The notes under the pieces were generated by a model. The model was not told the origin of the DNA, did not search any database, and saw only the letters and a list, made by a program, of their open reading frames with translations. DNA of 64,000 nt from Candidatus Thorarchaeota archaeon (GTDB lineage Archaea; Asgardarchaeota; Thorarchaeia; Thorarchaeales; Thorarchaeaceae): contig CAVSBO010000004.1 in NCBI GenBank assembly GCA_963726195.1, forward strand, positions 1-64,000, given 5' to 3'. Below are positions 23,133 through 33,658 of this stretch, in pieces. Position 1 is the stretch's first letter, and each line of letters begins with the position of its first letter. The translations under genes and the position numbers were made by a program.

Positions 23133-24431
23133 ATGGCAGAAGAAAGGTTTCGCTCCTTCAAATGCGACATTAAGGAAGGAGCTCTTGTGGAGAAAACTCA
23201 ACCAGACGTGACGAAACTATCATCAGAGTTGAGTCCGAAGAATCTTGAAGAGCTGCGGGCAATACTGACACTGCGCTATTATCCCAAGGGACCGACGCTT
23301 CTGCCCAAGCTCACGTGGCAGGACTTCATACCCTATTCTGGAATTGAAAACATGGTAAAGCCCCTCATTGAGGGTGCCATCAGAGCATCCATCGACTACA
23401 AGAAACCCAAGACTGTCGGGATTGCTATCAGCGGTGGCGTTGATAGTACCACGGTGCTTGCATTGACTAGGAAGCTCTACCCACAGCTAAACATCAAATC
23501 GCTTTGCATAACCTTCGGTCAGGACACTGTCGAGGCACCGGATGCGCAGCATGCTTCTGAGATGTTCGAAACCGACCACTATCACATGAACCTTGAAGGT
23601 CCGTTTGAAACACTTCCTGCGCAGATAGCGATTCTCAAGGTGCCGCGATGGAATGCTTACATGTACTTTGTCTTCGATTACTTTGCAAAGAAGAAAGTTG
23701 ACATAATGCTTACAGGCGACGGCGGAGATGAGAACTTCGGAGGCTACGTATTCCGGTACAAGCAGCTGTTGAGCTCTCCCGGAGAACGCATTGAGCCTCG
23801 GGCCTATCTGGATGCACACAAGATGGATTGGGTTCCTGACCAGCCAAAGCTCTTTGGGCCTCGCATGAAATTCTCATGGGATGAAATGTACTCGTACGTA
23901 AGTGAGTACTTCTCCAACCCACTAAACAAGCTGGGCCAGATCTTCTTGGCCGACTACAGCGGCAAACTGCTCTACGATTTCGCCCCGACAAACACTGCTT
24001 TTGCCAAGCACTTCGGGGTCGATTGTCAAGCGCCAATGCTCAATACAGAAGTAATCTATATGGCCAGTCACCTTCCTTACGAGATCAAGTACGACCCCAA
24101 GAACAACATTGGCAAGGTAGTTCTCAGGCAGATACTTCTGGGAAACTTCGCGTACAAGGCAGCTCTGAAGGGAAAGATCGGCTTTGGCATGGACCGGCTT
24201 GAGATGTGGCGCACAAACAAAGATCGCATTACATCCATGCTAGACGACGCAAGATGCGTCAAGATGGGCCTAGTCGACAAGGACTGGCTGAAGAAGGCCT
24301 TTAGTGAAGCGGAGTCCAAGACCGAAGAAACGAAAACGCGTTACATCACTAGGCTTTTCGCACTCCTCGCTCTCGAGGTCTGGCTGAGACTCTTCGTCAC
24401 AAAGGAGTTGAAAGCAACCGATAAGTTGTGA
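23133..24431 (+). CDS. Asparagine synthetase-like protein, synthetase (PP-loop) domain only
   Basis: AISGGVDST, MLTGDGGDENFGGY, GKVVLRQIL, KIGFG, LEVWLRLF; no N-terminal Cys-Gly-Ile Ntn glutaminase domain. Confidence 0.85.
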   Translation: MAEERFRSFKCDIKEGALVEKTQPDVTKLSSELSPKNLEELRAILTLRYYPKGPTLLPKLTWQDFIPYSGIENMVKPLIEGAIRASIDYKKPKTVGIAISGGVDSTTVLALTRKLYPQLNIKSLCITFGQDTVEAPDAQHASEMFETDHYHMNLEGPFETLPAQIAILKVPRWNAYMYFVFDYFAKKKVDIMLTGDGGDENFGGYVFRYKQLLSSPGERIEPRAYLDAHKMDWVPDQPKLFGPRMKFSWDEMYSYVSEYFSNPLNKLGQIFLADYSGKLLYDFAPTNTAFAKHFGVDCQAPMLNTEVIYMASHLPYEIKYDPKNNIGKVVLRQILLGNFAYKAALKGKIGFGMDRLEMWRTNKDRITSMLDDARCVKMGLVDKDWLKKAFSEAESKTEETKTRYITRLFALLALEVWLRLFVTKELKATDKL

Positions 24432-24464
24432 GATGGGCACCGGTTCACTAGGCGACGAAACCCG

Positions 24465-25277
24465 ATGGCAGACACGCGATACACCGTTGCAATCCCATGC
24501 AAGGATGGGGAAACGACAATCGAACGGACACTGCAGTCGCTATACGCACAGAGCATCCCCGCCACAGAAATCATCGTGATAGACGATGCTTCAAAGGATC
24601 GAACGCCTGAGATTCTCAAGAGAGAATCGAAGATTCGCGTTTTCCGCCTCGAGCACAATCTGCCTCGCAGCTGGGCTCGAGTACCCAAGCTCATGAACTT
24701 GGCAGTGGAGAAGATGTCAAAACCCGTCAGTTACTTTATGATTTCGGGCGATGATTGTCTCTATCCCCCGACGTATGTGGAGGAGCTTCTCAAGCAGTTC
24801 GAGAGGAATCCTCGGCTTCTGGTTTGCTCGGGAACACACATGAAGCAGAAAATCGTGGGAAAAGCCGAGCCTCATGGTGCGGGCCGGGTCTTCCGGTATT
24901 CATTCCTCAGCAAAATCCTGCCGTTTCCTGTAACTATCGGTTGGGAAAGCTGGGTTCTCTTCAAAGCTCTTGAGAAGGGCGGCGAGACAGCGAGAATCAC
25001 CACAGTGACCTACGGCCATCTCAAGCCTTACAGCAGCGGCTCGGTCTGGACATTCGGGCACAGCATGTATGAACTGGGCTACCCATTCTGGTTTGTTGTT
25101 GGCCGATGCATCAAGAACGTCGTGTTCGGATCGCACAAGCTTCAGCAGCTCCACATGTTCCGAGGTTATATCGAGTACATGATTAACGGCTATCCCCGGT
25201 TGGATGTTGCACCATTCGTTGGTAGGTACGAGAAACAGAGAGTCAGGACCTTGTTTGCGAGAAAGCTGGAGGCATGA
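24465..25277 (+). CDS. Glycosyltransferase family 2
   Basis: VAIPCKDGE..IERTLQSL, IIVIDDASKDRT, SGDD (DxD-like). Confidence 0.9.
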   Translation: MADTRYTVAIPCKDGETTIERTLQSLYAQSIPATEIIVIDDASKDRTPEILKRESKIRVFRLEHNLPRSWARVPKLMNLAVEKMSKPVSYFMISGDDCLYPPTYVEELLKQFERNPRLLVCSGTHMKQKIVGKAEPHGAGRVFRYSFLSKILPFPVTIGWESWVLFKALEKGGETARITTVTYGHLKPYSSGSVWTFGHSMYELGYPFWFVVGRCIKNVVFGSHKLQQLHMFRGYIEYMINGYPRLDVAPFVGRYEKQRVRTLFARKLEA

Positions 25278-26410
25278 ATATGAAGCATGCAATCGCACAC
25301 TTCGGCAACCAGGCGAATGACGCTTTCCCGGTTGTCGAAGAACTGCAAGCTTCCGGAGAAGACATTCATCTCTGCATTCCCCTTCCCGCTCACGTGACCA
25401 CTCTACCTCAATGGGAACTGAACAGGTTAGAGATGGAGGAAATAGGTAATCCCTATTCGCCTAATATGGATGTGCTGAACCGCGGATATGAGCAGCCCGA
25501 GTGGGTTCACTTCTTCGGACTTAGGGGGAACGCTTTTGTCACAACTGAACGTGCTGCGAAAGATGATGGCGAAATACGACCTGATAGTCGCCCATACGCC
25601 TTTCTTCCTGTACGCCTACCTTTTGCACGCGAAGTATATTCCATTTGAAGCAGGGGCGATTAGATACTTCAGAACTGGAATGCAATTGAAGAATCGCGTG
25701 CGCGGTTGGTTGATGGAGCAGAGCTATCGCCGCGCTAAGATTGTGCTGATGACGAATCCTGACACGCTCGATCTCTGTGAGCGGTACAAAGTCCACTGGA
25801 AGTTCATTCCCTTCGCCATCAACATGAAGCGATACAGCCCGATGAAGACTGAAAGCCTCGGTTATGAAAACGTAATCCTGTGCTTCTCTCGCCATGTCTG
25901 GTCTGAGAAAGGTCAAGACAGACTAATCCGAGCATTCGCCAGATTCCTCAAAGACAACAAAGACTCGTTGCTCGTTTTCTCCGAACGTGGGGTGAGGACC
26001 TTGGCAAGTCGAAAGCTCTCATAGAGCGAGTAGGCATCAAAGAGCATGTCAAATGGATTCCCTTGATGAGCAAGCCCTACTTGGTGGAATGGATAAACAA
26101 GTCAACAGCCGTGGCAGACCAATTCAATCTTGGCAGCAGCGGAACTGCAGGGTTCGAGGCCATGGCGTGCGGGAAACCGCTCCTCATCTATCTCTCCAAG
26201 CGGCATTTCGACCGCCTGTACCCTGAATTCCCACCGGTTGTTAACGCCAGAACCGACGACGAGATTCTGCAGGCGCTCAATATCTGTGCCGATAGGAAGG
26301 CTAGAGTAGAGTTAGGCCAGAGATCGAGAGAATGGGTCTCCAAGTACCATGACGCTGCTGTCGTGGCCAAGCAGCATCTCGCTATCTACAAACGGATGTT
26401 GGAGCCATGA
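25274..26410 (+). CDS. Glycosyltransferase, GT-B/family 4-like (copy 1); frameshifts near 25530 and 25990
   Basis: FSRHVWSEKGQDRLIRAF, DQFNLGSSGTAGFEAMACGKP; colinear with the adjacent paralog. Confidence 0.85.
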
Positions 26411-27544
26411 AGATGGGCCAGACCGTCGCACACTTCGGGAACATGGGGAATGTGGCCTTCACTGTTGTTGACGAACTGCAGGCTTCCGGGGAAGATGTGC
26501 AACTCTACATTTCCCTTCCCACTCATGTGACCGCTCTACCTCAGTGGGAACTCAACGGCTTCGAGATGGCCGAGATAGGTGACCCGTATTCGCCGAACAT
26601 GGACGTGTTGAACCGCGGATATGAGCAGCCCGACTGGATTCATTTCTTCAGGCCGAGCGGGAACGTTTTCTCACGTTTGAGAATGCTGCGCACCATAATG
26701 GGAAGGTACGACCTAGTAGTCGCCCATACGCCTTTCTTCCTGTACACATACTTTTTCCGTGCCAACTACATTCCCTTCGAGGCAGGAGCTATTAGAGAAT
26801 TCGATCAGGGAACTCGATTGAAGGATCGTGTCAGGAACCGTTTGATGGTGCAAAGCTATCGCCATGCTAAGATTGTCTTGATGACGAATCCTGACACACT
26901 AGATCTCTGTGAGCGGTACAAAGTGCACTGGAAGTTCATTCCCTTCGCCATCAACATGAAGCGATACAGCCCAATGAAGACTGAAGGCCTCGGTTATGAG
27001 AACGTGATCCTCTGTTTCTCTAGGCATGTCTGGCCGGAGAAGGGTCAAGACAGACTAATCAGGGCTTTCGCTAGATTCCTCAAAGAAAACAAAGACTCCT
27101 TACTCGTCTTTTCCGAACGTGGTGAGGATGTGGTGAAGTCAAAGGCTCTCATAGAACATGTAGGTATTAAGGAGCATGTCAAATGGCTTCCACTGATGAG
27201 TAAGCCCTACTTAGTGGAATGGATAAACAAGTCAACGGCCGTGGCAGACCAGTTCACTCTCGGCAGCAGTGGAACGGCCAGGGTTCGAGGCTATGGCGTG
27301 TGGGAAACCGCTACTAATCTATCTCTCCAAGCGGCACTTCGATCGCCTCTACGCTGAATTTCCACCTGTCCTTAACGCCAGAACCGATGACGAGATTCTG
27401 CAGGCGCTCAATGTCTGCACTGACAGAAAGGTCAGAGAGGAGTTAGGCCGGAAATCCAGAGAATGGGTCTCCAAGTACCATGACGCTGCCGTCGTGGCCA
27501 AGCAGCATCTCGCTGTCTACCAACGTATGTTCGAAGGCCATTGA
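26407..27544 (+). CDS. Glycosyltransferase, GT-B/family 4-like (copy 2); frameshift near 27280
   Basis: KGQDRLIRAF, DQFTLGSSGT, EAMACGKP, REWVSKYHD. Confidence 0.85.
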
Positions 27545-27567
27545 ACAGCCAGGCTCTTTGCGTTCGG

Positions 27568-28368
27568 TCACTTCTTCCATCCTGTCGCCCAGATATCAGT
27601 GCTTGTCTTGGAGCCGCCCCACAAGGGACGGTGAAGAACCACTTGTAATCCGTTGGATTGGAACCATCCTCTGACTTCGCACTGGGTATGTTCGCTGGCG
27701 ATTCGTGGACTGAAGGCGTCGAAAATCGTGTGTGGCGTGTACGCCGGGAACAGCCTGCGGAGCAGTCTTCCGACGACTGGTGGGCTCTTCTTGCTGAAAG
27801 TCCTCTGTAGCCAGAGGCCGATTCTGCTGATGGTTTTAGCTAGTCGTTCCTTGTTGGCTAGCCCGAACCTTCCAAAGACCCATCTCCAGAAATGGCTGAC
27901 GAGTCCTTTCATTCCATAAACGTAGATATGGATCATGCCCTTTGGTGCCAGAAGCGTAGTCAGATTGTCAAACCCCTTCTTCGGGTCGGGCGTATGATGG
28001 AGAACGCCCCAGCACCAGATAAGGTCGAAGCGTTCTGCGCCGTATAGCGCATCAAGGCGGTTCTTGTCTAGCACACTGCCGGTGTCGAATTTGCCCTTAA
28101 CGTTGCTCCGAGCGGACCGGACAGCACTTTGTGCTATGTCGATTCCATGGACACTGCAACCGAGTTTCTCGAAGCCAAGCGACCACCGCCCTTGACCGCA
28201 GCCGGCGTCTAGCACCTTCATGCCTCGAATGCGGTCCCGCGTCATTTGCAGCTCATCAAGAATATAACTGTCCACGTTCTTGCGCCAACTCTCATCGGAG
28301 AGGAGGAAATCCCCCTCAGGAAGGTTCTTCCATTGGTACTCAAAAGAATCTACTGTTGCCTTCGACAA
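27568..28368 (-). CDS. Class I SAM-dependent methyltransferase
   Basis: VLDAGCGQGRW, GIDIA, FDLIWCWGVLHHTPDP, LAPKG. Confidence 0.9.
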   Translation of the reverse strand: MSKATVDSFEYQWKNLPEGDFLLSDESWRKNVDSYILDELQMTRDRIRGMKVLDAGCGQGRWSLGFEKLGCSVHGIDIAQSAVRSARSNVKGKFDTGSVLDKNRLDALYGAERFDLIWCWGVLHHTPDPKKGFDNLTTLLAPKGMIHIYVYGMKGLVSHFWRWVFGRFGLANKERLAKTISRIGLWLQRTFSKKSPPVVGRLLRRLFPAYTPHTIFDAFSPRIASEHTQCEVRGWFQSNGLQVVLHRPLWGGSKTSTDIWATGWKK

Positions 28369-28972
28369 AGAGGGGCACCGGACATTCTTGGCTGCCGCGG
28401 CGTATAAATAGCATCTCTATTTCAAGTATTCTATTCGTCTCGTTGATTCGTCGCCCTGCGGCCTACCGTGACGCGGCAAGCATCACAACAACGACAAGGT
28501 GGTGTGCTCACTTTTCCGCCGGAGATGTCCGGTGGCGGAGAGTTCCTCACGAGGGTTCGAGTTGAATCGCCGGTTGAGCCCCAAAGGTGACCAGCCCCAA
28601 GCCGTCCAGTATTTGGTAGAAGGCTTCCGCAACGGACCCCGCCATTGGTAGCTCTCGGCTTCTGTCCATCCGCGAATGAATATGTCTTGGTGTGGTCTTC
28701 TGTTTTCTGGGGTCTGATGGTCTTGCCCGCGGCAGTTCGCCCTCGGTTGAGGATCTCCAGCCAGCGGGCGAGGCTGGCCGGTGTGTCAGTATTGGGATTT
28801 GTCATGCCTAGACGGAGACCGACTGAATATAGTTCCTCGTGGCAGAAGGCGCTTGTCATTTACGCACTCGAAACGTGGAGGTGACAAGCAGTTGGCGGTG
28901 TGCCTGAAAGCGGTGTGAGCGAAGGAAAAGCTAAAGAACGGAATGATATCCCGCGGAAGACGAGGTTAAAGT

Positions 28973-30022
28973 TTGAGTTTGCGTCGATGGTACTGGGCTC
29001 GCCGTGCACGTAGCTTGTACAGGCGTCACAGCCTAAAGGCAGTGCCCACCAATTTGGGTGTATGTGTCACCAACATGTGCAATATTCGCTGCAAGTACTG
29101 CATGCGGCAACAGTTCAAGCCACCTGAAGGAAAAATCACCCTAAGCATGCTCCAATCGTTGCTGAAGAAGATGCCCTACATTCGTGGTGTCTGCATAATG
29201 GGACTTTGTGAGCCTCTCCTCAACGATGAGCTCGCCAACATCCTGAGATGGTTGCAGGATGAAGGGCACTATGGTATCTCTCTGACTACCAATGGCATGG
29301 TCACAATCGATGACAATATGCTGGACGCTCTGACTAGGGTCGGCGATTTCGTCATTTCTATTGACACTGCCGACGAAGAGACCTTCCGATACCTCCGGGG
29401 TGGCGCTGAGCTGAAGAAGGTCATGGGCAGCTTGGTCCGGGTCATCGACTACAAGCGTGCCCACAATCTCGGCAGAATGGACAATCCCCCAATCCACATC
29501 AATGCCGTAATCACCAGAAACAATGTTCACCAGTTGCCTGACCTGATCAAGATGCTGGAACCCTACGCCGCCGATTTGACTTACCTGATGGTTGACCCGG
29601 TCTCCCGACCCGACTACCAGACGTTCGAGGAACCTCTCATGCTCACCAAAGAGGACCTTGACAAGGAGCTTGAGAAGCAGAAGAAAGTGGCAAAGCAGTC
29701 ACCGCTCAACATTATCGGATTCGACTATATGCTCGAACCTAGCTCTGACTGGGGCAACTGCTACTTGGCGTGGGACGGCATGTTCATCGAGCCTAACGGT
29801 GACGCCTACTTCTGCTATGATTACGATTACATACTAGGCAACGTATTCAAAGAGAGTCCTCTGAAAGTGTGGAATTCGACTCGCGCACAAGAGTTCCGGC
29901 GCAAGCTCCTTTCTTCCGACCCGCCACTCGGACAATGCCACTACTGCAATTTCGCCCGCGGCGGATGGCAACCCGAAGGCGACTACTCTCGGCAGAAGCT
30001 GGACAAGAAGGATATCACATGA
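28973..30022 (+). CDS. Radical SAM protein with SPASM/twitch domain
   Basis: CNIRCKYC, GLCEPLL, TTNG, ISID; C-terminal C...MFIEPNGDAYFC...LGNV...VWNS...FR...CHYC. Confidence 0.92.
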   Translation: MSLRRWYWARRARSLYRRHSLKAVPTNLGVCVTNMCNIRCKYCMRQQFKPPEGKITLSMLQSLLKKMPYIRGVCIMGLCEPLLNDELANILRWLQDEGHYGISLTTNGMVTIDDNMLDALTRVGDFVISIDTADEETFRYLRGGAELKKVMGSLVRVIDYKRAHNLGRMDNPPIHINAVITRNNVHQLPDLIKMLEPYAADLTYLMVDPVSRPDYQTFEEPLMLTKEDLDKELEKQKKVAKQSPLNIIGFDYMLEPSSDWGNCYLAWDGMFIEPNGDAYFCYDYDYILGNVFKESPLKVWNSTRAQEFRRKLLSSDPPLGQCHYCNFARGGWQPEGDYSRQKLDKKDIT

Positions 30023-30931
30023 AAGTCCTACACTATCAACACAACGGTGCAGGTGTCATTATATCCGCTGGATTGAGGAAGATTGGCGTCGAGTCCACCG
30101 TAGTGGCGACAGGCCCTCACCCTTTCGGCTTCAAAGAAGACCAGCTGATAACAGGCCCACTCGACCTCCTAAAATTCGACGATTACGATATCCTGCACTC
30201 TCACAGCGAAGTCAAGCTCCCCAGTCGAGTCACGGAACGGTTCGCCGAACGATTCGTACAACACTACCATGACGCGATGATGGGCAGACTTGGCAAGACT
30301 GGGGGTTTGAAAGGATCTCTGTTCGGCCACAACCGCTTCGACCTATACAGTGACGCAATGAACTTCGTGTCGACACCCAACATCATGGATCTCATCAAAG
30401 ACGCCACTTTCATTCCCCTCCCGGTGGACACTGAGAGCTTCTTTCCAACCAGAGCCCCGAACGAACCCCTCACGATTGGTTTCAACGGTTCAACACTAGA
30501 CAAACGCAAGATACGATTTCTGGTAAATCAACAGATTGCAGACGCTGCCGAGAGTCTGAAGCATAAGGGTGTTCAGGTTTCTCTCAAACCCCAGCCAGTC
30601 AACCTCAATCATACCCTAATGCACGAACAATACTGGAAGCATATCGATGTCTGGGTAGACAGGTTCGGGCTTGACTTCTACGGGTTCAGTTCCGTCGAAG
30701 CCGCAGCCTGTGGAATACCGATTGTCTGTCAGATTGGTGAGAAAGAGCTTGGTCTTGTGCCCAAGTGCCCATTCATCAACACGACAACATCTGAACTGGT
30801 CGACGTTCTAGTTGAGACAGACTTTCTAGACAAAAAGCTTAAAGAAGGCGCATCGAGACTTTGCCGTTGAAGTCCACGACTTCGCAGAAGTAGCTGCATT
30901 GTGCAAACGCAGATATGACGAACTTCTATGA
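30019..30931 (+). CDS. Glycosyltransferase-like protein (GT-B fold); frameshift near 30840
   Basis: ATGA overlap with the radical SAM stop; DILHSH, FIPLPVD, DVWVDRF...YGFSSVEAAACGIPIV; shifted C-terminus RDFAVEVHD. Confidence 0.75.
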
Positions 30932-30955
30932 ATCTCTGTAGGTGTGAGATAATCC

Positions 30956-31924
30956 ATGAAAGGCAAGATGCAAATACCACTCCGACAGCGGCAAGAGATC
31001 TTCAAGGACAAGAAGGTAGTCGTAACTGGCGGAACAGGGAGCTTTGGACACGTCGTAATTCGGAGAATCCTAGAGGCACCAGTCGCCGCTGTCACCGTCT
31101 TTAGTCGCGACGAAGAGAAACAGCTTGACATGGAACGCGAGTACAAGGACCCGCGTCTCAGTTTTGTCATCGGCGACGTTCGAGACTACCAGCGCATTCT
31201 GGACGCTGTAACGGGTGTGGACGTAGTCTATCATGCCGCCGCACTCAAGATAATCCCGACCTGCGAGAAGCATCCTGTTGAGTCCATCCAAACCAACCTT
31301 GTCGGAACCATGAATGTCAAGAAGGCTTGTTCGGAGGCGAAGGTCAAGAAGGCCATATTCATCTGCACTGACAAGGCAGTGAAACCAGTCAATGTGTACG
31401 GAATGAGCAAGGCTCTCGCCGAACGACTATGGCTTTCTTACAGCGCACCATGCGACACAGTCTTTGCCGCCGTTCGCTACGGAAATGTCATCGGGTCTCG
31501 CGGGTCCATTGTCCCATACTTCAAAGAACTGCTTAAGACGCACGAGCCTTTCCCAATTACGAGCCCATTGATGACCCGGTTCCTCATCACTCTCGAACAG
31601 GCGATCGAACTGGTCTTCTACGCCACGCTGCACATGGAGAAGGGACAGATTTTCGTTCCTAAGATTCCCGCCTGCAAAATAACCGATTTGGCTACTGCCA
31701 TGGGCGGAAAGGACTACCCTACGAAGATTACTGGCATCCGACCCGGGGAGAAGCTTGACGAGGTCCTGATTTCCGAAGAGGAAATCCGAAGAACGAGAAT
31801 CCTTGAAGACTACTATGTTATAGAGCCTCATGGTACAAGACAAGAGCAGGAGCTCCAAGAAGAATACACGAGCGCGAACACCACACAGCTCAGTATTGAG
31901 GGAATCAGGGAGCTGATTGAGTGA
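30956..31924 (+). CDS. UDP-N-acetylglucosamine 4,6-dehydratase-like (PseB/FnlA, Polysacc_synt_2)
   Basis: VTGGTGSFG, FSRDEEKQ, IGDVRD, HAAALKIIPTCE, TDKAVKPVNVYGMSKA, VRYGNVIGSRGS, GIRPGEKL. Confidence 0.92.
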   Translation: MKGKMQIPLRQRQEIFKDKKVVVTGGTGSFGHVVIRRILEAPVAAVTVFSRDEEKQLDMEREYKDPRLSFVIGDVRDYQRILDAVTGVDVVYHAAALKIIPTCEKHPVESIQTNLVGTMNVKKACSEAKVKKAIFICTDKAVKPVNVYGMSKALAERLWLSYSAPCDTVFAAVRYGNVIGSRGSIVPYFKELLKTHEPFPITSPLMTRFLITLEQAIELVFYATLHMEKGQIFVPKIPACKITDLATAMGGKDYPTKITGIRPGEKLDEVLISEEEIRRTRILEDYYVIEPHGTRQEQELQEEYTSANTTQLSIEGIRELIE

Positions 31925-32655
31925 AGCTCTGCATAACGGGGGGCTCAGGTAAGCTCGGCCGTCAACTGCAGAAGCTATTCCCAAACAATCTCTCGCCGTC
32001 GCATGCGGATCTCGATATTAGAAATGGAAACGCCACTAGCAAGTACGTCGTGGGCAAGTCCTTCAACACGGTTATCCACTGTGCCGCCCTGACTAGCATC
32101 AGGTATTGTGAAGAACACAGGGAAGAGACCTACGACGTCAATGTCAATGGCACTCGGAACATTATTGAGGCACTTGCCTCTTCGGAAGCAAAAGGCCGCT
32201 ACTTTGTGTACTTGAGCACGGCCTGTGTCTTCCCCGGCGATTCACCTGACAAATGCTATTCCGAGGATGACATCCCTTATCCGAAGAACTTCTATGCCCT
32301 GACGAAGTTGATTGGTGAGCACTTCGTCAAGGGTTTGTCAAACAATCTCAAAGTCTTGGTCGTCCGGACGAACTTCATTGAGCGAGGCGAATGGCCATAC
32401 CCGACGGCGTTCACCGATCGGTACGCGACCTACCTGTATTCGGACCAACTGGCCAAGGCAATCAAGGATCTTGTTACGAAGAAAACGACAGGGCTTGTGC
32501 ACGTATGCGGGAACAAGCGCATGAGCATGTATGATTTTGCAAGGCTAACTGACCCCCGAGTCAAACCCATGACCATAAAGGACTACAGTGGGCCGCCCCT
32601 CACAATGAACATGAGTCTCACATCAAGAAGAATTCCTTTGATCCAATTTGAATAG
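31921..32655 (+). CDS. Sugar-nucleotide reductase, RmlD-like SDR
   Basis: ITGGSGKLG, IHCAALT, YLSTACVF, YALTK (YxxxK). Confidence 0.85.
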   Translation: MKLCITGGSGKLGRQLQKLFPNNLSPSHADLDIRNGNATSKYVVGKSFNTVIHCAALTSIRYCEEHREETYDVNVNGTRNIIEALASSEAKGRYFVYLSTACVFPGDSPDKCYSEDDIPYPKNFYALTKLIGEHFVKGLSNNLKVLVVRTNFIERGEWPYPTAFTDRYATYLYSDQLAKAIKDLVTKKTTGLVHVCGNKRMSMYDFARLTDPRVKPMTIKDYSGPPLTMNMSLTSRRIPLIQFE

Positions 32656-32679
32656 GCAACCGAGAGGAGCAAGTGAAAG

Positions 32680-33606
32680 ATGAGAATCCTAGTAGCAGGT
32701 GGCGCTGGCTTCGTAGGCAGTCACCTTGTGGACAAGCTAGTCCAGCAAGGCCACAAGGTCGATGTCGTCGATGATCTCAGCAACGGCAGGCTCGACAACC
32801 TCCAAGGTGTGATGCCCAAGATTCGTTTCCACAAACTCGACGTGTCCCATCCGTACGCTGATCAGTTTTCCAAAGATTCGTTTGATGTGATATACTACCT
32901 ACCGTGCTTTCCTCGTAGCCAGAGTTTCGAGGATCCGAAGCGAGATGTTGAAGTCAACGTCATCGGCATGGTCCATACGCTTGAGCTCGCTCGGAAAAAC
33001 AAGTCCAAGGTCATCTTCAGTTCCAACTCCGGGATTTATGACACATCGAAGATACCGATTGATGAAAAGACAGCCGACAGCCCAAAGACCCCATATGACT
33101 TGGACAAGCTGCAGGCAGAGAGATTCATGAAGCTCTATCGAGAAGTCTACGGGCTGGAATTTGCGATATTTCGTTTCGCCACCGTCTACGGACCGAGGCA
33201 GAGCCTGTCGCCAACTTGGAAGCCTGTCGTTCTTGAATTCATTGCTCAGTTGATGAAAAATCGAAAGCCCACTATCTACTGGGATGGTGAGCAGACCCGC
33301 GATTTCATCTACGTTGCTGATCTCGTGGACGCCTTGGTGCTCGCATTGGGCAAGGAGGCAAATGGTGAGACCATGATTCTGGGCTCCGGAAAAGAAACTA
33401 GCATCAACCAGCTATTCCAGACGGTCTCACGGATTTTGGCAGTGAACGTTGAGCCCATCAGGGAACCGATGAAGCTTGGAGACATTCGAAGGATGCGGTA
33501 CGATTGTCGAAAAGCAGAACGCATTCTCGGGTGGAAGGCACGAGTCACTCTGGAAGAGGGAGTAAAGCGAATAATCGCGAGCGACCGGGAGCGCTTGTTG
33601 CGGTAG
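32680..33606 (+). CDS. NAD-dependent nucleotide-sugar epimerase/dehydratase (GalE-like)
   Basis: ILVAGGAGFVGSHLV, DDLSNG, YDLDK (YxxxK), RFATVYGPRQ, DGEQTRDFIYV.D, LGW. Confidence 0.9.
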   Translation: MRILVAGGAGFVGSHLVDKLVQQGHKVDVVDDLSNGRLDNLQGVMPKIRFHKLDVSHPYADQFSKDSFDVIYYLPCFPRSQSFEDPKRDVEVNVIGMVHTLELARKNKSKVIFSSNSGIYDTSKIPIDEKTADSPKTPYDLDKLQAERFMKLYREVYGLEFAIFRFATVYGPRQSLSPTWKPVVLEFIAQLMKNRKPTIYWDGEQTRDFIYVADLVDALVLALGKEANGETMILGSGKETSINQLFQTVSRILAVNVEPIREPMKLGDIRRMRYDCRKAERILGWKARVTLEEGVKRIIASDRERLLR

Positions 33607-33658
33607 GCCGGTTCGTGGTCTACGCGCTTGGCTATACAGGACCTGATGTCGCGCCTAA

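Noticed and set aside
28420-28930. RNase P RNA (GAGGAACTCTCCGCCACC and ACAGAAGCCG on the minus strand) or SRP RNA
   Set aside because: The CR-I-like and CR-V-like pieces are in the wrong order with imperfect P4 pairing, and there is no SRP helix 8 CAGG...GNRA...AGCAG motif.
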